DNA from: Eukaryota sp. TZLM1-RC
Taxonomy: Eukaryota > Protista > Metamonada: BaSk clade
Assembly (NCBI GenBank): GCA_040285825.1
Contig: JAUPSS010000004.1
Coordinates: 3,665,658-3,729,657, forward strand
DNA: 64,000 nucleotides
Direction: 5' to 3'
Shown: piece after piece, positions 48,512 to 60,766 of the stretch
Position numbering within the stretch: the first letter of the stretch is position 1
Layout of the letters: the number at the start of each line of letters is the position of its first letter
Notes under the pieces: generated by a model
Told to the model about the DNA's origin: nothing
Seen by the model: the letters and a program-made list of their open reading frames with translations, nothing else
Databases searched by the model: none
Made by a program: the position numbers and the translations under genes

Positions 48512-49491
48512 GAGTGAAATTAAATACAAGCACAGTAAAATAATTAAATTTAAAGTACATTTAAGTAGAATTTAACCACAGAAGAGCACAGTAACTACTA
48601 GAGATGGGTATTGTCCGGACTTTTTTGCACATCTCTGGAAACTACTTTGAAGAATTTAATCAAATGCATTTCTGAATCACTCTTCAATACATTCCCCGAT
48701 CATCCGTATTTGTTTGAGATGAAGCGTAGTATATGTAAATCGTAACGATAAAGAAGGTAAATTAGCACTTTGTTTATCAATCTGCTATCGGCCCAAATTG
48801 GCCTGTAAAATTGATCATACATTGGTATACTAATCCCGAACTGTGAGATCAATAGTTTCGTTTCCGTTGTCACAAGAGCTATTGGAACCGAGGACCTTCT
48901 TTCCATCTAGTGTGTTTTATTCATTTTATCTTGCTCGAAAAAAGGTTTAGTTAGGATGACGAGCATCGTGGTTTTTAACAGAGAAATGACTTGTTGAACA
49001 ATCTACCGAATGGGAAAGTAAAGATTCAGAATGACAGAGGCAACTTTAAACTGTATTAACGAATTTCTAGTCAGACTCTTCGTCAATTTTATTAAAATGA
49101 ATAGTAATGTTATTCTTAAATTCTCATAATGCTTCTGTTCTCCTAGAGTTTCTCGCATATTGTATGGAGGAGTTACATGAATTGAACACCATGAACGGTA
49201 GGTTATATGTGTAACAAGCTCACTATTTCACCTTGATTGTGAATAGGGAAAATTGTGATGAGTATTTCCCAATGCCGTCAATAATGGTAAGAGCTCTTAA
49301 TTGGATTTGATGCTCAATCGATTGCGGTCGGAATTCTTATGCGTCAACGGATCGTAACTTTTGGTAATCAATGGTAAATTTAACTTTTTTGAAAATAGAG
49401 CATTGTTTAGTACAATTTGTATGATTGAATCCAATTTTCTTTACATAAACTACACAAACTTGGTCTCCTACTCCTTCTTTAATCCTGTTAT

Positions 49492-50238
49492 ATGGAAGCA
49501 CAGCTGGAATTGGAGCGTGAACGACTTTCTTCTTTCAATGTTTACTACCATAACCTTTTAACAGATTGCAAAAATGCCCTACTTCAGTTAGAAAACTATG
49601 TTAAATTTAGGAACACAACAGAGTCTCTGGATGAACTTGACAATATTGCCTCTTATAACCCTGTTTTCCTACATGATCATTCATCAGCAAAGTCTCTAAA
49701 GATTTCCTGTTGTGTGTGTGGTAATGACCTCTTTAATGGTATTCTTGATTTTCTAAACCACTCCGTTCAGTGTGGTATAAGGTTTACTTCATGGCAACAA
49801 CTCGCTACTTCTTCCTGTGCCACTAACATGCATTTTTCTCCACATGAAAAGCTTGCAGGTAACGTCTATGATAACCCTACCCTACCCTATTCTTTTGTCT
49901 CTGTCAAGCACCCCTTTCCAAAAATTGTAACAATAGAAGTCTCGAATCAGGTTAAAAAGAGCGGTAAACACTTTGAATGGCTGTTGTCTGTTGCTACCAT
50001 ACCCCCAACGACAGCAAACCTTATTCAGCGAGTAACTGTTCGTCTGGACCCTTCTTATCTCCAACACACTGTCGTTCTTAGTTCGGCACCGTGGTCAGTA
50101 GGGTGGTGTGTCGCGTTTAGGGAATTTACTGTGTCATTAATGGTGGAGTTTTACAATGGAACTCCTCTGTTTATAGATCATAGGCTTTCTTTAAAGAAAA
50201 AGAAGGTTACCAAGTCTTGTGTTTATTTATGGATTTAG
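49492..50238 (+). CDS. YEATS-domain protein
   Basis: HFEWLLSV, IQRVTVRLDPSY, SAPWSV, EFTV and IDHRLSL; N-terminal CxxC...H...C. Confidence 0.75.
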   Translation: MEAQLELERERLSSFNVYYHNLLTDCKNALLQLENYVKFRNTTESLDELDNIASYNPVFLHDHSSAKSLKISCCVCGNDLFNGILDFLNHSVQCGIRFTSWQQLATSSCATNMHFSPHEKLAGNVYDNPTLPYSFVSVKHPFPKIVTIEVSNQVKKSGKHFEWLLSVATIPPTTANLIQRVTVRLDPSYLQHTVVLSSAPWSVGWCVAFREFTVSLMVEFYNGTPLFIDHRLSLKKKKVTKSCVYLWI

Positions 50239-50570
50239 TTTTAATTGTAGTTTTAATTTCTTAATAATTAGTTATTGGTTTTATTTAAGTTTAGTTTCCA
50301 TTTATTCGATGTGCATTCACTTTTTTGAATAGGGAATCGCTGTTTTTTATATTCATTTATTAATTTTATTGTGGTAATTTAATTGTACTCCCAACTCTTT
50401 ATTATGATTGTGGTGATCTGTTTTGCTCATCATGATTGTGCACATTCTAAACTGTTTTAATGGAGTTCACTATAAATCCTCTTAATTTTCTTTGCTTTTC
50501 TGCTTGATTCAAATACCCCCAATCAGTAAATCTAATTCAAACTCTTCATTTGTCTTTTGTATAGTGAGAG

Positions 50571-50885
50571 ATGCTGCTCTTTGGTGAACCTTCACTGTTC
50601 TCACTACTGATTCATTCGAGCCTACTTATCAGTGGGTTCTTTGTCATATGGTCTATTTTCTTCACAGACATCTTGTCTACTGGAATCTTTCGTTCACTGG
50701 GATTACTCGCTCTCTCAGCCATAATTGGTGCCTTTAAAGGCTTCCTCGGTTGTGCCATTCCTTCTTTCCTATTTGTACGTATTTGGTCTCATCTAGGTTA
50801 CACTCTTTCCAGCACTGTTGTGTTGATTGTTGCTTCTTCGCTCAGTGCTTTTTCTATATTCTTAAGCTTTAAGGTACCCACTTGA
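50571..50885 (+). CDS. Small multi-pass membrane protein (start uncertain)
   Basis: Three hydrophobic segments. Confidence 0.5.
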   Translation: MLLFGEPSLFSLLIHSSLLISGFFVIWSIFFTDILSTGIFRSLGLLALSAIIGAFKGFLGCAIPSFLFVRIWSHLGYTLSSTVVLIVASSLSAFSIFLSFKVPT

Positions 50886-50941
50886 TTTGTACATTATTGT
50901 TAATATTTACATTTTGTTTTATTACAATCCAAATATATATA

Positions 50942-51631
50942 TTAAACATTGATTGTATCATCTGAAGTCAATAGTAATTCTTCTTTTGTTTCAACCAAAT
51001 ACAAATCTGTAGCTAAATAAATAAATACAGTACTAATAGCAGCCAATAAATGGAATAAATCATTATTATTGAAATAAACATCACTAACCGTTACCTTTAA
51101 CACCTGTAAAACCACACCACCAAGGCCCAAAATCCATCCAACAAGGAGAAGAGAGCTATGGGAGTGGCGATGTTTAAAATAGAAATAGGCACAAATAATT
51201 ATGGAAAATACAGTAGTGGTAAGGAAATCAACGGCTGTCCACAAGAAACCCGATTGGTAAGTTAAAAGGCCGATCCAAAAGGAAGTTTTGATTAGGAAGA
51301 TTTGAGATAAAACCCGGTTTGATTTAGCTTTGTAGTGGGTGTGGACAACAAGCATCGCAGTGAAGTAGGAGGAGAGTGCCAATGTGTACTTGACAGGCAT
51401 CCATAGCAAGAACTTGTTGCGACCAGAGAGATTGTCTTCTAACAGATGGTAAATGGCACCTGAAGAAGCTCCTAGGGCACTGAAAATCGAGAAGCCGACA
51501 AAGGAACGAAGCACTGCAGGCTTGGAGCAGTTGCGTCTGTGTTTGAGAATCTTTATGATTAAGAACGTGATTGTGAGGCAGAGTATAGCATCAGAGATAA
51601 CCACAGAGAGATGATTGGTCAGGTTGGACAT
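50942..51631 (-). CDS. Seven-TM membrane protein (DUF6962-like)
   Basis: About seven hydrophobic helices; SD, GAIYH and NNDLFH motifs. Confidence 0.65.
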   Translation of the reverse strand: MSNLTNHLSVVISDAILCLTITFLIIKILKHRRNCSKPAVLRSFVGFSIFSALGASSGAIYHLLEDNLSGRNKFLLWMPVKYTLALSSYFTAMLVVHTHYKAKSNRVLSQIFLIKTSFWIGLLTYQSGFLWTAVDFLTTTVFSIIICAYFYFKHRHSHSSLLLVGWILGLGGVVLQVLKVTVSDVYFNNNDLFHLLAAISTVFIYLATDLYLVETKEELLLTSDDTINV

Positions 51632-52650
51632 AGACTAAAAGTACAAAAATGTCAAATAGTTGTAACCCGTTGAGATTTCTGGAATATGAAGATGAAATGA
51701 ATCAAGTGGATCTTTTCAAAACTTGAGGTCTTTCATTTCCTTCAAGATACGGATCCACAACATGAATCATATTAAGAACAGCATTGACATTACGATTTCA
51801 TGGACGTCCACACTTCTTGTAATAGAGTTGTCCATGTCTAAGGATCATTAAAGACTTTGCTGTTCTTCAATATTATAAATAATTGCTTTTGTTAAAGTCA
51901 TTTTGTTTGAACAAACATTTTCAATATTGCCAATGATAGCAATAATGGCTTAATACCAATATACTATGGTTATAGGACGCCATTATTGTCAACCTTTTAT
52001 TATGATCTCCATATTCATGTCAAATGTTTTCTTTTGTAGGTCTTGAACATTCCTCATTTTAAACCATACCTGGGTATGGCAACTACCTCCCTTTGTCTTG
52101 ATAGCAATGACACTACACTATACAAGATGTTATTGATGGTCTAGGCTGTTCGTTAGAGCATACTGTAAATGTAATGTTATTTATTACGAAGTGAAATGGA
52201 ATTACCTCAACTTAAAATAGAACTAAATAAATGATAATACTAAAGCTATTATCACTATTCAAGACTGACAGTACCTTATTTTCAATTCGACCCCATGACA
52301 AAACTGCTAATTGTCATGAGTCGTTATGACGTCATGCCCAGGTGTGTTTTAAACAAGGAATGGTCTTCATCCAAAAATTCGGGAAATTGTTTCTTCCAGT
52401 GAAGGTAATAATAATAGATGTTCATTGATTGTTGGTTTTCACAGAGAACGAACTGTTGTTACAACTTTCAATTATTGTTGATATAGTAAATAAAATGAAA
52501 GAAACTATTTACTTAATTAAAGTCAAACAAGATTGAATACCATCAAAAAACCACGGCCTCGCTATTGTTGAACAACATCAAACCCTAATTTATTGAAAAC
52601 AAACCACTACTATTGAGAACAAAACAAAAAATTGAAACTATTAAAACCCT

Positions 52651-53889
52651 TTATACACTTGAAATCTCCTTAACTAAAGGCTTCAACAAACTGATAAGTT
52701 TAGATGATTTTAAATGTATACTTGCCTCTTTCCAGTGAAAGAAACAAGTGTCATCATTTAATCTCAAGAAAGAATCAGAAAACTCTAAGGCTTGAAAATC
52801 TTGACCAGAAATCTTGGAAGAGGTCGAAAACAAAGTGTCAGCTAGACTTACATCATGTGATAGATGAAAATGACCAAGAGTCTCTGCCAGGAAGTTGTAA
52901 ACATAGTTGATGCACCCACTGGGATATAGAACAAAGACCCCAGATGATTCTGGCATCCACAACAAATGAGCCATACCTGCTCCATGAACCCCAACTAATA
53001 GATTGGCATTAGAAACAGCTCTGATTTGTTCAACAATGTCTAGGTCACTGAATCGAATTATATTAAGATCCCAATTATTTTGTTTAAAAAACTGTTGTAG
53101 TTGTAAAACCCAACCCTTACTCTTAATCGAAACCAATTGTCTGTTATAAGGAGCACGGTCAATCAACACGGCTTTCTTTGTTTTACTTTGAGTTGTAGTT
53201 ATGTTGTGAAAGCCAAAAAGCCTTGCTTTAAATCTCTCAATCAGCTTTGGACACTCCTCAAGGAAGCTTCCCTTCTTATGCTTATGAATTGGATCAGCCT
53301 TACATCGGTAAGGAGCTCTGTCTAGATCAATGTAAACTGTTTCTACCGTAGCACTAATCGGATAATCCACAAACTCTGTCGTATATGGAGCAAAGAGAGG
53401 TGAATAGACAGAAGGGATGGTACGTGAAATTGGACAGTATTGCCACATGAACCTAGCCTTGTCAATTCCTTCCTTTTCAAATGTCCAGTGAATACTGAGT
53501 AAGGTGTCTACTATGATGTGAAAAATATTCTTTGCATGAACTACGTTTGCAATGAACAGGGGCTCCGAAAAACTGAAGGGTCGGGTAATTGGAATACTTG
53601 AATAATAAAGCTTAATTGGTGAAAGTTTAGCACCCCTTTTATAGCAACACCCAGTTGATATAGTTTGTAAAAGGGCCTCGTCAACTGTTATGTTGGAGTT
53701 TTTTGGTCGATGAAACACAATTGATATTTCATTATTGTCACGTAAGACCTGAACGTTTTCAAATTTAATGCGAGCACTAGAACATGGTATTCTATTGGAA
53801 ACACTGGGTACATCTAAATAAGTAACAGATGAATAGAGCTCAGCAGAGACACATGAAAGTAATACAAGAATGATGGTGCCACGATGCAT
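52651..53889 (-). CDS. Glycosyltransferase family 61
   Basis: Signal peptide, NIFH, EQIRAV, VGVHGAGMAHLLWM. Confidence 0.88.
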   Translation of the reverse strand: MHRGTIILVLLSCVSAELYSSVTYLDVPSVSNRIPCSSARIKFENVQVLRDNNEISIVFHRPKNSNITVDEALLQTISTGCCYKRGAKLSPIKLYYSSIPITRPFSFSEPLFIANVVHAKNIFHIIVDTLLSIHWTFEKEGIDKARFMWQYCPISRTIPSVYSPLFAPYTTEFVDYPISATVETVYIDLDRAPYRCKADPIHKHKKGSFLEECPKLIERFKARLFGFHNITTTQSKTKKAVLIDRAPYNRQLVSIKSKGWVLQLQQFFKQNNWDLNIIRFSDLDIVEQIRAVSNANLLVGVHGAGMAHLLWMPESSGVFVLYPSGCINYVYNFLAETLGHFHLSHDVSLADTLFSTSSKISGQDFQALEFSDSFLRLNDDTCFFHWKEASIHLKSSKLISLLKPLVKEISSV

Positions 53890-54297
53890 ATGAAAAGAAC
53901 AGACATCATTATTGGTACAAGAAATCCTTTGGGAGAACGTAAAAAAATGTATATGCCTATCTTGACATCTGCTTTGACATCCTCTCTATAAGTTGTGAAC
54001 ACAATTTTAGAGGAGAAAAGTGTATGTGTGTTCACTCGCTCCTACCCCCTTCGTTTTCTGGAAGTTTTGGAACAGACTGTTGATCTTAATAGATGATTTT
54101 AGAAGAACAGAATTGACTTCATTTTTAAAGAAATGTTGAAATATTTCTTATGCACTGCGGCCCCTCAGATCTTACTATGAGATAACTAGTAGTTATTGAC
54201 TACATCTAGTTTTGCTTTGAAAGGTATGGATTGTTTAGATGTTGATTTTTGATTATCTAATCAAAAACTAAAACAAAACTAAAGCAAACTTTTTGAA

Positions 54298-55434
54298 GGG
54301 TGATTTTCAAAAATGCTCACGTTTTCACTTTGGAGTTTCAAAAATGCTCACGTTTTCACTTTGCAATTTCAAAAATGCTCACGTTTCGGGCTACCTTTGC
54401 TTATATTCCATCAGCCATTCTCCTGACACTGCTACTTTCAGTTGAGGTTAAACTAACATTAACATCACCTATACGAAGTGTTTATATCACTTTAGAGCTG
54501 ATAAAGACCATTTGTCATCAAAGTGTTTATTTTTAATACTAGTCTATGCTACATCGTCATTCAGCAAGTCGAAATGATTTTCCATGTCTGAGTCTGGATG
54601 AACATCGTCCACGTCGATAAGTTCTGAGACATTGTCTTGTTGGAACAAGGACAACCAATCATCTTGTACCAGTGCAACTCTTTGTCTCTTTCTTTGTTGA
54701 GAAAAGGCATCAATTCGCTTCTTGCGTGGTCGTCCACCCACTTTGGGCACACTAGGAGGATCCACCATTTGAAATTTAGACTTGAACTCCCATTCACTTC
54801 GATCAGGAACAATGGGAATACTTGTTTCGTAAGACTTCTTGCAATATTCTAAACTATGAATTTTAGCTATACCATCAAATGGCACAACTTGCTTCTTTAT
54901 ATAAACAGCCAAACTGTAAGTACATGGGTATCCTTCATTTTTCCACCCATTACAACTACATTTTTTGTTGATAAAGTCTACGGTAAAAGTACTGTTTCTT
55001 AAACCAACAACTTCACATAAACCATCATTGCTGTCATTTGTTTTGAACGTTCTAGCTAAAATAGTACGTTGTTCCAAGTGAATAAAAATTGTTGGCCCTG
55101 GGTTTTGATCGAATACTTGCCATATTTGCAATATATTCTGCATTTGCAGCCTTGTTGGTGGTAGACATTGATCCAAAGCATGTATGAGGAGAAAAAGCAT
55201 TTATTTTAAAGTTAGGTTGTGCAACAGTTGCGACCTTACGAGATCCAGAGCGTCTTCTATCAGAGTTTCTTGCATCGTTAGGCTCATGACGAAGGCGCAT
55301 CAGCTCTTCTAAGGCTTTGTTCTCGGCCATAGTGTTCAGATTGGAGGACAGAAGGGGAAATTAGACTCAATTGAAAAACGTGAGCAGATTTGAAAGAAGG
55401 GGGGTCCAAACGTGAGCATTTTTGTAATTAACTC
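54298..55434 (-). mobile_element. Internally deleted MULE (second family)
   Basis: SWIM-like CSC...YPC and GRPRKKR in 54544..55200; TIRs built on CAAAAATGCTCACGTTT (three tandem copies at left, two inverted at right); perfect 9-bp TSD ctttttgaa (54289-54297, 55435-55443). Confidence 0.88.
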
Positions 55435-55482
55435 CTTTTTGAAAGTAAACCTCACAACCCTCATCCAACATTTGAAATTTAT

Positions 55483-57468
55483 ATGATCATTGAGACTTCT
55501 CCCCCCGCGGAGGAGGCTTATATACTTTATCTTCAATTCAAGACTTCAAATTCTACTCTTTCTAAATACTATCTTCACAAATCTGCGGAGCTTGGCCATC
55601 CAGAAGCTTGTTTGGCTCTATCCATTCACTTTAAACGTGTCCGAAATGTCCCTCAATATATCTTCTATTTACGCAAGAGTGCCGATCTCCATAATCCTCA
55701 AGCCTGCTCACAGCTTGCTTCCATATATCATAAGGGTTCCTTTTTACCCACGAACCATACACTCTCCCTTCACTATTACTCCTTAGCTGCTGCCAACCAC
55801 TGCATTGAAAGCAACTACCTTTGCGGAGTCTTCTTCAAGAAGGGCATTGGCTGTGATCAAGATTTAAAGAAGTCATTTTCTTACTTTTCATTTTCTGGTT
55901 CTTTTGGTCATGTCCCCTCTTTATTCAATCTTGGTTTGTATTTTTACAAGGGAATTGGTACGAAAAAAGACTACAGCAAAAGTTTTGATTATTTTCAACT
56001 TGTTTTTAATTCAAATTCAAAGCTTAAGAATTATTCCAGTTTTTATCTCGGTGTTTTCTATTTTAAAGGAATTTTTGTCAATGTTGATTATGATTTAGCA
56101 TATAATTATTTTGAATTAGCTTCCAATTCAATCCCCAGAGCTTTTTATTTCCTGGGCTATTTGGATATTACTGCTAAAAAAAGACAATTGGATTCAACAA
56201 AAGCAGCTTTTCATTTATCAAAAGGAAGGGAAAAAGGTTGTATTTACTGTGAGTTCTTGCTGGGGTTGGGTCAATTAAGGGGTGTGTTCCCTAATAGTAA
56301 TAGTGATTTAGCCTTTGATTTAATCAAAAATTCAGCAGAAAATAATATTTCACAAGCCATCCCCTTACTTGCTGATCTTTATTTTCAGAAAGGGATCTAT
56401 GACTTGTCACTTGATCTCTTCTTGTCATCGACACATTACTGTAAACTAAGTTTATTTAGAGTTGGACAGTTTTATTTTCATGGCCTTGACTGCCAGACTA
56501 ATTATCAGCAGGCTTTTGAATTTTTCAAATCTGCTGCTGAATTCAACATTCATCATGCTTTTCTTTACTTAGGAGTCATTTACGAAAAAGGACTTGGGAC
56601 CACTATTGATCTGTCTCTCTCCCTCAAGTTTTACAATCTGGCTGTGCAAAACAAATGTCATGCTGCCTGTTTAAGACTTGCTTGTTTGCTTTTTAATATG
56701 AATAATTTCAGTCCAATACCGTCTTTACTTAAAACTGCCCAATCAATATCCAATTCAAGTATGTCGAATTACTTTGAAAGCATGGTTTATTTTAAGGGAA
56801 TTGGAGTGGAGAATGATTACCATAAAGGTATAATAAAACTAAAACATGCAGCAGATTCTGGTCATTGTGAAGCTAGTTTTCTTGTTGGCAAAATGTTGGA
56901 GAACATCAAAGAATTCAAACAAAGTCAACGTTATTATGAACAAGCAGTGGTCAAGGGTCATGTAGATGCTTCATATCGTCTTGCCTTACTAATAGAAGAC
57001 TCTTACCGTATTCTCTCTCTACTCCACTATGCTGCGACACGTAAGCATGTACTGGCAATGAAAGCTCTGGCTGAGAGAACTAATCAAGAATCTGAGTCCT
57101 TTTCTTGGTATCTACAAGCTGCTAATGGTGGTAATGTTGATTCAATGGTCCATGTAGCCAACTGTTACTTCAAAGGGAAAGGTGTGGCGTGTGATGACGA
57201 ACTCGGTGCTTATTACTGCGAGCGAGCAAGTCCCAGTAATGACCACGCAAAGTTCATGTTTGCAGAGTGTTTACTGAATGGTGTTGGAGTTGAAAAGAAT
57301 GTTACCAAAGCTTGTAAATTGTTGAAGATTTTGTCTGATAAAGACCACCTTCAAGCAAAACGTATCTTGGCCAAGTGTTACCTGGAAGGCATTGGAGTGG
57401 AGAAGGACGAAGTGATGGGATTGACTTTGAGTTCTGAATCAATTGTTTTACAGTCTTCAGAACTGTAG
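55483..57468 (+). CDS. Sel1-repeat protein
   Basis: Many LG.xY..G.G...D...A..xF..AA repeats. Confidence 0.92.
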   Translation: MIIETSPPAEEAYILYLQFKTSNSTLSKYYLHKSAELGHPEACLALSIHFKRVRNVPQYIFYLRKSADLHNPQACSQLASIYHKGSFLPTNHTLSLHYYSLAAANHCIESNYLCGVFFKKGIGCDQDLKKSFSYFSFSGSFGHVPSLFNLGLYFYKGIGTKKDYSKSFDYFQLVFNSNSKLKNYSSFYLGVFYFKGIFVNVDYDLAYNYFELASNSIPRAFYFLGYLDITAKKRQLDSTKAAFHLSKGREKGCIYCEFLLGLGQLRGVFPNSNSDLAFDLIKNSAENNISQAIPLLADLYFQKGIYDLSLDLFLSSTHYCKLSLFRVGQFYFHGLDCQTNYQQAFEFFKSAAEFNIHHAFLYLGVIYEKGLGTTIDLSLSLKFYNLAVQNKCHAACLRLACLLFNMNNFSPIPSLLKTAQSISNSSMSNYFESMVYFKGIGVENDYHKGIIKLKHAADSGHCEASFLVGKMLENIKEFKQSQRYYEQAVVKGHVDASYRLALLIEDSYRILSLLHYAATRKHVLAMKALAERTNQESESFSWYLQAANGGNVDSMVHVANCYFKGKGVACDDELGAYYCERASPSNDHAKFMFAECLLNGVGVEKNVTKACKLLKILSDKDHLQAKRILAKCYLEGIGVEKDEVMGLTLSSESIVLQSSEL

Positions 57469-57990
57469 AAATGTTACTTTTGTGGTGTATTATAAAATTT
57501 ATTCAAAAATGTTCGTTACTGTTTTTTTACTTTGAATCTAACCTCCAATTTCTGGGATATTGATATTTAATGTCAACAGATTACCAGGACACTGATGCTT
57601 TATTGAGACAGGGAAGCTATAGTAAAAGAGCAAGCGAGGATAGCTTGGTTCAAATGATTTTGTCCATTTGCTGATCTTCTTGAGTATTAAAGATCTGAGA
57701 AAGGCAGTTGTTTACGATAATGTACAACTCTGCCACAGTTTTTAAACCACAATCATGCAAATCCGCTCTAATGTTGATAATCCTTGTATTACAATGAACA
57801 ATCAGATGTTTCAGTCAGAGGTATATGGTGTGTGGAAAGCAGTGCTCAGGAGAAAAAGTGACCTACTATGTAAACAACTTGAGTGGAAGTAAACCTTGTA
57901 GGAGTGTTTGGTCGAGAGAAGCTGTTTCTTACTGAAAAAGGAAAGTGTTCAAATTTGTCGACAATTCACCTCACTACAATCTTTGCAGTA

Positions 57991-58953
57991 ATGGACTCCC
58001 CCATAGCTAACCGCACCAGGGCTAAACAAAGACTCCGTCTCTTTGTCAATCACAGTCATCCTAGAGAACGCGACAAGTCAATTGAATTGCCCTCACCTTT
58101 GGAACACAATATGTATCCACCCCTCAGTCCCCTAAAGTCTACCATGACCCCCCGCAGTCCTTTCGAGTCTCCATTGGGGCACAAAGCTCGTTGGTTTGGT
58201 GGTAAAACCTTTGGTGCTCTAATTGGTGTTGTAGCGGTTGGATTGCTCTTCACTCCTTGGAACATGAACCTCTTGGGGACTCAAGTTGTTCCAAACAATG
58301 CAACTCACCATGTTCACACAAACAGTCAACATCCCTTCGAACTTCTTGACATTCCAATGGATGCCATCCCTGAACACCATCTGCAAGGTTCGGTTGAAGA
58401 CAACTCTTATCATCCAGTCGAAGAGAATGACATGCATTCTACAGTTGTCAACTTACCCAACTTAGCACTTCACAGTTTAGGTGCCACAATTGATAGACAT
58501 GCCACCAGTCCCACTTTCACTGACCGAAAGCTTTTTGATAAGAGAAACACACCTGAGAAAGTTCTAGAAGGTATTCCATCTGTACTTGTCCCTGGTGACT
58601 CATGGGGTATGTTGGGAACTATTGGGCAACTGCGGATCAATTTTCCTACTTCTGTCGCTATTTCAGCTGTCTCCATTTCTCATCCTGCTCTGTCGACACT
58701 TCCAAACTATTCAAGAACTGCTGCTCCCCGATACTTCTCCGTTAAGTGTGGCAGACATGATGACGGACATCTTTGGACCTCTCCAAAGATGGAATTCACC
58801 AAGCTCGGTCATACTCAGTATTTCCTTCTCAACCAACCAGATCAACAAGCTCTGCATTGCGACTACCTTGACTTTAAGTTTGTTGAAAATATGGGTAATC
58901 CAATGTACACTTCCATTTATCGTATTGGAGCATATGGAGACTTGGCTATTTAA
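57991..58953 (+). CDS. SUN-domain nuclear envelope protein
   Basis: TM helix; NLALHSLGATI, TSPT, PGDSWG, AAPRYF, NMGNPMYTSIYRI; ATG at 57991. Confidence 0.88.
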   Translation: MDSPIANRTRAKQRLRLFVNHSHPRERDKSIELPSPLEHNMYPPLSPLKSTMTPRSPFESPLGHKARWFGGKTFGALIGVVAVGLLFTPWNMNLLGTQVVPNNATHHVHTNSQHPFELLDIPMDAIPEHHLQGSVEDNSYHPVEENDMHSTVVNLPNLALHSLGATIDRHATSPTFTDRKLFDKRNTPEKVLEGIPSVLVPGDSWGMLGTIGQLRINFPTSVAISAVSISHPALSTLPNYSRTAAPRYFSVKCGRHDDGHLWTSPKMEFTKLGHTQYFLLNQPDQQALHCDYLDFKFVENMGNPMYTSIYRIGAYGDLAI

Positions 58954-59554
58954 GGTTTGTTTAATAGTTTTTGTATATTTTATGTATATTTAGTAAAGTT
59001 TATTGTAATTTTCTGGATTTCTTGATATTATACTTGAACAATTCAGTATGTGATCTGCTGTTATCTCCATTGAATTTTCTATGAATTAGAGAGAGGATTT
59101 TTATTCTATTTTAAAATGCTAAAAATGTCATAATTATTGATTGTTGAGTTCACCAGGATTTTGAACAGACAGTTGGAGTCCAGAATTGCAATCTGGTTCC
59201 TTTTCGAAATTTTAGTTATGACCATTATGTTGAAGACCATATTTTTGGTTGAAACTTTGTAAACTAAGATAGATAGCATTATCTTTAATTTTAAATTATT
59301 GTTCAGCTATGAAAGTCGTTTTCTGTAGGGCATTTCATAGAAAATAAGAAGAATAAAGCTCAGATTTTGATCATGTAATCAATTTTGATCATTTATTTGA
59401 TAATTAATTGTAAACCTCCAGACCTTCTCTACTACAAGGTGGGGTCACTATTTTATGGATGGTTTGCTATTACATAACACAAAATCAATTCACTAAGAGA
59501 ATTTCCATCTCATGGGATCATTCACGTCTTAGTTATGGAAAAGTTCCAAATGTA

Positions 59555-60620
59555 TTTTTTTTAATTTTTTTATTAAAAACCTATAAATCAACATCTAAAT
59601 AATCCATCTCTCCCAAAACACAACCACTAGCTGCAACTTTCTCATAGTGAGATTCAAGAGAAAGCAAAGCATCAGAAACCATCTTCAACATCCCCTTAAA
59701 AATAGAAAACACAATTCTATTTTGCCAAAACAATCTGATAAAATTTCGGTTAGTTCTTCTCTTTACAATCAATTCAAAATTTGCCAAAAAACGTATAGCC
59801 GTTGGAGCAAGTGAACCAAAAAGAGAAAATACAAATTGATACAAATTGTATTTTGCATGCTGTTGACTGGACAATTTGGACAAAGGTTCACTCTATTTTG
59901 TGATTCTGAAATTTCAGCATTTGAAAGAGGACTATGAATTTCAGAATTACCAAGCCTTTCATTTGAGGCATTACAAGGATCAACAGACATTACATCCAGT
60001 CAAATAAAGCTTCCATCTAATCCAGGTAATATAACATCACCTCTATTATTCTTATGAAAATCATCTTCAGTATCAAACAGATTTGAAAACAGAGGTTCCA
60101 AAAAGGATTCAATTCTATGAGACTTACACATACAATATAATTGGTCTCTTACAGCATCGTGAACCTTGCTTCTAAAAGAAATAAAATGTTCACCACTTAA
60201 CAAATGAGTAATTGTAATTTTTCGAGAACATTTACACATTAAATTATGAGGCAAAATATCAGGCCAGATAAAGGAACGAAATCTCATATTCAAAGTCCAA
60301 GCAGAATCAGTTAAGAGAGTACCATAAACTTGAGGAATTGTTGTTACTAAGGCAGAAGAAGTATTATCGCACATATCTTGTAAAAGATTTGCAAAAGCGG
60401 GATTCTTTTTCTTGGCCAAGCCAAGTCTAACATCAAAATCCAAGCTTTCAAAAATCTTTGACAATTTTTGTTGAAGCATTTTACAGCAAAACTGCAAATT
60501 AAAAAGAGATCGGTTTGGAATTTCTTGAATTGAATGGGAGAAACATTTGGTCCAAATTTGTGGTGGCAAACTATCAAGTTCACAAGATAACTCATTCAAA
60601 GATGGACTGCAACTGGGAAC
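59555..60620 (-). mobile_element. 5'-truncated CRE-like non-LTR retrotransposon with A-rich tail
   Basis: CKC...HLL, HDAVRDQLY, RGDV and FWQNRIVFSI; A-rich run directly after the stop codon. Confidence 0.85.
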
Positions 60621-60766
60621 TAACAGATGAGAATCATCAGGAAATCTACGAGAAAATTCAAAACTTACAATGTAAAAGAAATTTAAGAAATTATCAAGAA
60701 ATATTTATAAAAATGAATTGAAATAGGCTAAACAATGAGCAATAACAAAATAAATTAGAATTAATT

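Noticed and set aside
48600-49330. Possible integrase relic on the minus strand
   Set aside because: Only faint motif resemblance and no sustained ORF.
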